Positions 26,288 to 32,310 of a DNA stretch of 32,310 bases are shown one piece after another (position 1 is the stretch's first letter; each line of letters opens with the position of its first letter). Location of the stretch: the NCBI GenBank assembly GCA_964347195.1, contig CAYFYD010000001.1, positions 1 to 32,310 of the forward strand. Direction: 5' to 3'. This DNA is from an uncultured Ectothiorhodospiraceae bacterium (GTDB lineage: Bacteria; Pseudomonadota; Gammaproteobacteria; HK1). The notes below the pieces were generated by a model. It made no database searches, was not told where the DNA came from, and saw only the letters and a program-made list of their open reading frames with translations. The position numbers and the translations under genes are program-made.

Positions 26288-28384
26288 ATGAAAACGATCG
26301 GTATCGACACCGGGGGCACGTTCACCGATCTCGTCGAGATCCGGGGTGACGGGACAGCCGAAGTGCGCAAGGTTCCCTCGACGCCCTGCGACTTCGCCCA
26401 AGGCGTTCTCGCCGCTCTGGACCGGAGCGAAGTCGGGCAGGGCAAGGGCATCGCTTCGCTCAGCCTGGGAACCACGATCGCGACAAACGCTTTCCTGACC
26501 CGGTCGGGAGCCAGAGTCGGACTCCTGACCACCGCCGGACACGGCGACACGCTCGAGATGATGCGGGTGTTCGGCCGAGTCGCGGGCCTCGCCTCGACCG
26601 AAATGCAGAGCTACGCCGACACCGACAAGCCGGCACCCGTCGTTCCCCGGGCGCTGGTCCGTGAGATCGTCGAGCGGATCGACGCTCGGGGAGAGGTCAT
26701 CGTCCCGCTCGATGAGACCCAGACGACCGAGTCGATACGATCGCTCCTGGCGGCCGGCGTGGAGGTCGTAGCCGTCTCGTTTCTCTGGAGCTTCGTCAAC
26801 CCGCACCACGAGCGCCGTGTCCGGGAGATCGCAAGAGCAGCGTGTCCGGGCCTCGACGTCATCCTGTCGAGCGACGTCGTGCCCAAGCTCGGAGAGTACG
26901 AACGGAGCGTCTCGACGGTGGCCAATGCCTACGTCTCTCCCGTCGTGACCCGCTTTCTGGACGGGATCGAGGACGGCCTCGCCCGCCGAGAGCTGTCGGC
27001 GCCGATGCTGGTGATGCACTCGACCGGTGGCGTCGGCACCGGAGCCTATACCCGCGAGCACGCCATCACCACGTTGTTCTCGGGGCCGGCGGGCGGGGTG
27101 ATAGGGGCAAGGCGGGTCGGCGAGCAGATGGGACACCCCCACATCGTCTGCGCCGACATGGGGGGCACGAGCTTCGACGTCGGTCTCGTTCTGGACGGCC
27201 GCCCTCTGCTCCGCACCACCACCACCATCGACCAGCACGTCATGTTCCTGCCCTCCATCGACATCGTCTCGATCGGGGCGGGCGGCGGCAGTCTGGTGAG
27301 CGCGGTGGACGGTCGTCTGAACATCGGCCCGGAGAGCGCCGGCGCGGACCCCGGGCCCGCCTGCTACGCGCGAGGCGCCGAACGGCCGACCTTGACGGAT
27401 GTCGATGTCGTGCTCGGGTACATCGATCCCGCCCGTTTCGTCGGAGGCCGTATGGCGCTCGACGCAGCGCGCGCGCGCTCGGCGGTGGCCGAGCATGTCG
27501 CAAAGCCACTGGGGCTCTCGGTCGAGGCGGCCGCGGCGGCCGCCTTCACCATCGCGAACGCGAGAATGGGCGATCTGATCCGCAAGGTAACGGTCGAGCG
27601 TGGCTTCGATCCGCGCGACTTCGCGCTCTATGCCTATGGCGGCCTGGGACCGCTGCATGCGCCCTTTTTCGGCCTGGACCTCGACGTGGAATCGATCGTC
27701 GTCCCACTCGGCCAGATCTCTTCGGTTTTCAGCGCCTACGGCATCGCGGTCTCGGATCTGCTGCACGTCTACGAGACGTCGCGGGTGCTGGCCGCTCCTT
27801 TCGACGCCGCGGAACTGGAGCGCACTTTCGCCGCGGTCGAGGACCGGGCGAAGCGGCAGCTTTCCCGGGACGGCATCCCCGAGTCGGAGCGCAGGATCCA
27901 TCGCATACTCGAGATGCGCTACCAGGGCCAGTTCTCGGAGATCGCGGTTCCGGTCAGGGCGGGGCCGCTCCGAAACTCCGACCCGGATGAAATCGTCGCC
28001 GACTTCGAGAAGCTCTATCTCTCTGCCTTCGGCGCCGGTTCTCTGTGGAGCGAAGGCCGGGTCGAAGTCGCAGCCTTTCGCATCGAGGCAGTCGGCCGCC
28101 GGAATGTTCCGGAAGTCGGGATCGCCTTGCGACCATGCCCGGCGACCCTGCCGTGCGGCCGGGAACGCGAGATGTACTGGCCCACGGAAGGGCGCTTCCT
28201 TTCGACTCCGGTGCTGCACGGCGATTCCCTGTCGCCCGGGCAGACGGTTTCGGGACCGGCCGCGCTCGACCTGAACACGACGACCGCCCTGGTGTCGCCG
28301 GGCTGGACCTGCACCCGCGACCCTACGGGTACGTTCGTCATGTCCTCGGACGGTGGCGGTGGCGCGCGGCGGGGAGAAGGATAG
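26288..28384 (+). CDS. Hydantoinase A/oxoprolinase family protein (HyuA-like; ATP-binding subunit)
   Basis: 698 aa from the ATG at 26288. MKTIGIDTGGTFTDLV is the canonical N-terminus, and DMGGTSFDV is the second ASKHA phosphate motif. Confidence 0.9.
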   Translation: MKTIGIDTGGTFTDLVEIRGDGTAEVRKVPSTPCDFAQGVLAALDRSEVGQGKGIASLSLGTTIATNAFLTRSGARVGLLTTAGHGDTLEMMRVFGRVAGLASTEMQSYADTDKPAPVVPRALVREIVERIDARGEVIVPLDETQTTESIRSLLAAGVEVVAVSFLWSFVNPHHERRVREIARAACPGLDVILSSDVVPKLGEYERSVSTVANAYVSPVVTRFLDGIEDGLARRELSAPMLVMHSTGGVGTGAYTREHAITTLFSGPAGGVIGARRVGEQMGHPHIVCADMGGTSFDVGLVLDGRPLLRTTTTIDQHVMFLPSIDIVSIGAGGGSLVSAVDGRLNIGPESAGADPGPACYARGAERPTLTDVDVVLGYIDPARFVGGRMALDAARARSAVAEHVAKPLGLSVEAAAAAAFTIANARMGDLIRKVTVERGFDPRDFALYAYGGLGPLHAPFFGLDLDVESIVVPLGQISSVFSAYGIAVSDLLHVYETSRVLAAPFDAAELERTFAAVEDRAKRQLSRDGIPESERRIHRILEMRYQGQFSEIAVPVRAGPLRNSDPDEIVADFEKLYLSAFGAGSLWSEGRVEVAAFRIEAVGRRNVPEVGIALRPCPATLPCGREREMYWPTEGRFLSTPVLHGDSLSPGQTVSGPAALDLNTTTALVSPGWTCTRDPTGTFVMSSDGGGGARRGEG

Positions 28385-28387
28385 ACG

Positions 28388-30670
28388 ATGTCCTGGGTGG
28401 CCGGCGCGGAGCGTTTCTACTCTCCCGGGGACGCTGCCCACGGATTGCGCCCCTCCCCCGCGCTCGCCCTGCACCGCGTGGATCCCGAGCTGCCCGTCGA
28501 TCTGGTCACCTTCGAGGTGGTCAGTCACCGACTGTGGCAAATCTGCGACGAGATGGGCGCTACCCTGCGCAAGGTATCGGGCTCGCCGGTAGCGACCGAA
28601 GCCGCAGACTTCGCCACGATGATCGCCGACGAGAACGGCGCCGGGGTCTACATGGGCCCCTATGTCCTCAACCATGCCGTGGTGCTGGAGGACATCATCG
28701 CCTGGACCCTGATTCACCGGGCCGACAATCCGGGAATCGCCGGCAATGACATGTTTCTCTGCAACGACCCGTGGGTGGGAGCGGCCCACCAGAACGATGT
28801 CGCAATCTACGCACCGCTCTTTTTGAATGGCGAGCTCTTTGCCTGGACCGGAACGACCATTCATCAAGTGGACGTCGGCGGGCCGAGCCCGGGAAGTTTC
28901 GCCATCGGAGCCGAAGACGTCTTCGGCGAGGGTCCACCGCTGCCACCCGTGAAGCTCATTCGCGACGGAGTCCTTCAGAGCGACATCGAGGACCTCTACC
29001 TCCGACGTTCCCGCCAGCCCGCCATGCTCGCGCTCGATCTTCGTGCCCAGATCGCGGCGAACAACGTCGCGCAGTCCCGCCTGTGCGCCCTCACCGGAAA
29101 GTTCGGAGCCGACGCCGTCAAGGCGGTGATGAAGGCGGTGATGGACCGCACCGAGAAGGCACTCCGCGATCGACTCGGAGAGTTGCCGGACGGGACTTGG
29201 CGGCACGTCGACAACATCGAAGTCGCCGGCGCCGGAGATCGAGGGGTGTACCAGGTCCGCTGTGCCATGAGCAAGCGGGACTCCGAGCTGCACTTCGACT
29301 TCACCGGCACCGATCCGCAGGTCGGCATGATCAACGGCGCTTCCGGCTCGGCAACGGCCGGAGTCATGGCCGCGCTGCTTCCCATGCTCGCCGGCGACCA
29401 GACCTGGGCGTCCGGTGCCATCAGGCGCCTGGTCAGGCTGACCAACCCCCGCGGCACGCTGATCAACGCGAAGTATCCGGCCGCCTGCAGCATCGCTTCG
29501 ACCTCCGCCATCTGCGCGGTTCACAATTGCGCCCAGGCCACCGTTGCCAAGATGTTGTGTGCACACCCCGAGCACCGTCGCCGCGTGCTCGCGGGCGGCG
29601 GGGGTTCCTGGCCGGCGATGCAGGTCATGGGCCGCGACCGGCACGGTCGGGCCTTCGTGACCCAGCTTCAGGAAGCGACCGCGATGGGCTTCGGGGCGCG
29701 CAGTTGGGCGGACGGCGTCAACACCGCCGGCCCCTACGCGATTCCCGCGGCCCGCAACGCCAACGTCGAGACGACCGAGCTGGTGTGGCCGATGCTGGTG
29801 CTCTATCGGCGCGAGGTGGCCGATACCGGCGGGGCCGGGCGGTGGCGCGGCGGCCTCGGCGGGAACTTCGCCTTCGTCCTGCACGGCACTTGCGAGGAAG
29901 TCGTACACGTGTCGGCGGCGGCCTGCGTAGCTTTCCCCGGGCATGGCGGGCTCAGTGGCGGCTGCCCCGGCAGCGCCTGCCGCTACCTGATGCTCCGCGA
30001 CTCGGACGTCAATGCGCTGCTCGCCCGAGGCCGTGTGCCCACCCGGCTGGAGGAGCTGAGCGGCCAAGTCGAGCTGCTCGGGCCCAAATCCGAGACGCGG
30101 CAGGGCCGGGACGACGTGTACGAGATCACCTTCTACGGCGGCGCGGGCTATGGAGACCCTATCGACCGGCCCGGCGAAGCGGTGGTGGCAGACCTTCGCC
30201 GAAACGCCGTCTCTCGGCACGCGGCCCGGGCAGTCTACGGGGTCGTCCTCGACCCCGAGACGGGCGAGGTAGATCCGGTAGCGACCGCGTTGCGCAAGGA
30301 TGCGATACGGCGAGAACGCCTCGGTGGCGCCGCGCCCCGCAACGCGGTGTTGGACATCCGTGCCCAGCACTCAGGCGAATGCGGCACCGCGATCAGCGAG
30401 TACGTGGCCGTCCGAAAGGGCCGCTACGTGTGCATCAAGTGCGGTCACCACCTCTGCGACGATGGAGAGAACTACAAGCTGCACCTCGCGGTGCGGGATT
30501 TTCCGATCACGGAGCTGTCGCCGCTGAATCGGGATCCGTCCGAGTACGTCGAAGACGACATCGTCGGCCGAGCCTTTTCCTGTCCCGGCTGCGCGACGCA
30601 GATGGACGTCGAGGTAAGCGATCGAAGCCTCCCCCCGATTTGGGACTGTGCCCTGGTCCGGCCGGACTGA
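28388..30670 (+). CDS. Hydantoinase B/oxoprolinase family protein (HyuB-like) fused to an acetone-carboxylase-gamma-like zinc domain
   Basis: 760 aa, starting 3 nt after the hyuA stop. The HyuB-like body includes DPITFEV-type VDLVTFEVVSHRL, NDPWVGAAHQND and GGAGYGDP. The last ~98 aa (YVCIKCGHHLCDDGENYKLHLAVRD...AFSCPGCATQMDVEV) parallel the AcxC gamma subunit as I recall it. Confidence 0.88.
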   Translation: MSWVAGAERFYSPGDAAHGLRPSPALALHRVDPELPVDLVTFEVVSHRLWQICDEMGATLRKVSGSPVATEAADFATMIADENGAGVYMGPYVLNHAVVLEDIIAWTLIHRADNPGIAGNDMFLCNDPWVGAAHQNDVAIYAPLFLNGELFAWTGTTIHQVDVGGPSPGSFAIGAEDVFGEGPPLPPVKLIRDGVLQSDIEDLYLRRSRQPAMLALDLRAQIAANNVAQSRLCALTGKFGADAVKAVMKAVMDRTEKALRDRLGELPDGTWRHVDNIEVAGAGDRGVYQVRCAMSKRDSELHFDFTGTDPQVGMINGASGSATAGVMAALLPMLAGDQTWASGAIRRLVRLTNPRGTLINAKYPAACSIASTSAICAVHNCAQATVAKMLCAHPEHRRRVLAGGGGSWPAMQVMGRDRHGRAFVTQLQEATAMGFGARSWADGVNTAGPYAIPAARNANVETTELVWPMLVLYRREVADTGGAGRWRGGLGGNFAFVLHGTCEEVVHVSAAACVAFPGHGGLSGGCPGSACRYLMLRDSDVNALLARGRVPTRLEELSGQVELLGPKSETRQGRDDVYEITFYGGAGYGDPIDRPGEAVVADLRRNAVSRHAARAVYGVVLDPETGEVDPVATALRKDAIRRERLGGAAPRNAVLDIRAQHSGECGTAISEYVAVRKGRYVCIKCGHHLCDDGENYKLHLAVRDFPITELSPLNRDPSEYVEDDIVGRAFSCPGCATQMDVEVSDRSLPPIWDCALVRPD

Positions 30671-31155
30671 TCCGAGCTTCTCGACGCCGCCCGATGCCAA
30701 CCTGCCGTTGGAACCTGAGCTTCAGCATGGTCTGGCGCGTGACGAAGCCTTCGGCTCGCGAGCTCCGGTGGCGGATCGTGGCGAGGCCGATTCGATGACG
30801 TTGATCGTTCGAAGGCGCTTCGGGTGTGAGAATCAAAACGCCTACTGGCGTCTGATGGGCATTTGAGCCGTACACCGGGTCGGGCCCGGAAGCCCGAGAG
30901 TGGTTTCGGCCGCGTCGCGTCGTCCCGCCCGAATCAGATAGTAAGGTGTCGCCATTGGGCCTGAGGCCCTCGTTCCACCCACCACCCGAACGGTTGGAAG
31001 AACGTGATGGCGACGGCGCAGAAGCTACCCTTTTCCTGGAGAGCTACGGACCGGATACACGGAAGGTCGGGGTACATACCCGCCCCCAGGAGCCGTGCGC
31101 CCGCACTATCCACCTGCCGCTCGAAGCTCCGCGGCCCTGCGGCGGCTTCCCTGCC

Positions 31156-32253
31156 TCACTCCTTCGCGATCACCATATAGGCGTTGACGTGGTCCATGGC
31201 GTGGTCGCCAGGATGTCTCCTGACCCGCTCGCGGTATGCGGCGTAGAAGCGCTCGAGGATCTCCCGGCGCTCTTCGTGGGGACGTTCACCGGAGAGGGCG
31301 CCTGCGTAGATGCTCTCGCTCCAGTAGCGCACGGCGGGAATGTAGTCCGCGGCCAAGCGCTCCGGGTCGCGGTGGACTTCGAAGCCGGCGGCGAGCGGAC
31401 ACCGCAGCACCGAGGTCTCCAGCGAGAGCAGGCGCAGTCCCGATCGCGACACGGGTCCATGAGGGTCGTCGAAGGGTGCGCGCCACTCCTCCTCCGAGCG
31501 GTAGTACTGCACGTGGTTCATGCGCGAGTACTCCTCGCGCGTCACGGTGCCGTCTTCGACGAAGGAGCGCCAAGTGTCGTTGACGGTCTCGAACACGCTC
31601 ACACCGCGAGTGCGTCCGAAGTATCGCCCCTCGGCGTCCCGGGCGAAGGGAGCGAGGACGAGGCGGCCGCCCGGCACGAGCTCCGACGCCCGCTTCGCCA
31701 GGAGGGTCTCCCAGTCCAGACGCGCCCGCTCCCGATAGGCGGCGAGCTCGGCGCCCTCGGCTCCTGCCGGATGCACGTGGTCCGTCAGGTTGCAGGGCTT
31801 GGTGCTCAGCCAGTGCATGGCGCAGGCGGAGAATCCCAGGTGGAGGCTCCGCGGGGGCAGGATCCGGCGAAAGAAAGAGGAGGCGCTCGCGAGCGGATAC
31901 ACCTCGTCGAACGCGGACACGAAGCTCTCGACTCCGGTGAGGCCGTGCACCGTCCGCATCAGGGCGTTGTAGTCGTTGAGCGGCTGATCGGCGTGCACGA
32001 CACACACCGGCAGCGACGGGGCCCGTGCACGGACGGCTTCGATGGCCGCTCGAATCATCGCGAGCGATGTCGCGCCGTCGGCGCAGCCCATGTCGCAGAG
32101 CGTGAAACAGTCCCGCGGCATCTCCATGCTGCGGATGGACTCGAGCACCAGCGGTGCCGCCGCACCGATGACGTCCATGGCGCCCCGGGCGGCCTCGAAG
32201 TACACGCCCCCCACGCGCATGCTCACGTTTTCCGGGTGGGGCGTCGCCGTCAT
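31156..32253 (-). CDS. SABATH-like (Methyltransf_7) SAM-dependent methyltransferase (tentative)
   Basis: Start trimmed to the ATG at 32253 (GGGAAGGA RBS). LCDMGCADGATS and ASSFFRRILPPRSLHLGFSACAMHWLS correspond to the plant SABATH motifs (A)DLGCSSGPNT and GSFYGRLFP..S(L/I)HF..SS.SLHWLS. Confidence 0.6.
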   Translation of the reverse strand: MTATPHPENVSMRVGGVYFEAARGAMDVIGAAAPLVLESIRSMEMPRDCFTLCDMGCADGATSLAMIRAAIEAVRARAPSLPVCVVHADQPLNDYNALMRTVHGLTGVESFVSAFDEVYPLASASSFFRRILPPRSLHLGFSACAMHWLSTKPCNLTDHVHPAGAEGAELAAYRERARLDWETLLAKRASELVPGGRLVLAPFARDAEGRYFGRTRGVSVFETVNDTWRSFVEDGTVTREEYSRMNHVQYYRSEEEWRAPFDDPHGPVSRSGLRLLSLETSVLRCPLAAGFEVHRDPERLAADYIPAVRYWSESIYAGALSGERPHEERREILERFYAAYRERVRRHPGDHAMDHVNAYMVIAKE

Positions 32254-32310
32254 CGGCGGTCCTTCCCTTCGTATCACTCGAGGCGCGGCGGCCGGCCCCG
32301 GAGGCCGGCC

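Noticed and set aside
26048-30370. 1440-aa ORF on the minus strand spanning 4.3 kb
   Set aside because: It is antisense to the aminotransferase 3' end, hyuA and hyuB, all of which have clear family motifs. Its translation is Arg/Gly/Ala/Pro-rich with no recognisable domain. This is a shadow ORF typical of high-GC DNA with few stop codons in the antisense frame.

Overview
This is a high-GC chromosomal segment that looks proteobacterial, probably gammaproteobacterial. That guess rests on gene content and order (trpS, yciO, yciB, clpS-clpA, mfd-csiV, mtnP, dxs) and is a low-confidence inference. Most of the window is conserved housekeeping: an Fe-S-type TrpRS, YciO, YciB, isocitrate lyase with a divergent LysR regulator, ClpS/ClpA, an MlaC-like protein, Mfd, CsiV, MTA/MTI phosphorylase and DXS.

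Three parts are not ordinary.

1. About 8977-12410 is a decaying accessory or defence-like islet. It holds stubs of an ABC-type ATPase gene and of a PIN-like gene, an intact orphan ABC/AAA ATPase, two tiny ORFs and a vapBC toxin-antitoxin pair. It ends inside a 3'-truncated fic gene.
2. A family of composite palindromic repeat elements sits at about 2945-3012, 17118-17330 and 19407-19565. Two copies contain about 21-bp tandem units (perfect in copy C, degenerate in copy B). Those two copies bracket csiV-mtnP.
3. 22053-30670 is a co-directional six-gene module of unknown substrate. It encodes an amino-acid-type ABC importer, a class-III aminotransferase and a HyuA/HyuB ATP-dependent enzyme. The HyuB subunit carries a fused acetone-carboxylase-gamma-like zinc domain. 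A SABATH-like methyltransferase gene lies convergent to it. This module is my best candidate for undescribed biology.

I recognised no rRNA, tRNA, CRISPR array, transposase or integrase.

CDS coordinates follow the supplied ORF track, with starts trimmed by homology or RBS reasoning. Non-coding coordinates were read off the printed sequence and may be off by 1-2 nt. In two stretches my base counting was one nucleotide out of register with the ORF track. Many very long ORFs in the track are antisense or alternate-frame shadows typical of high-GC DNA and were rejected.
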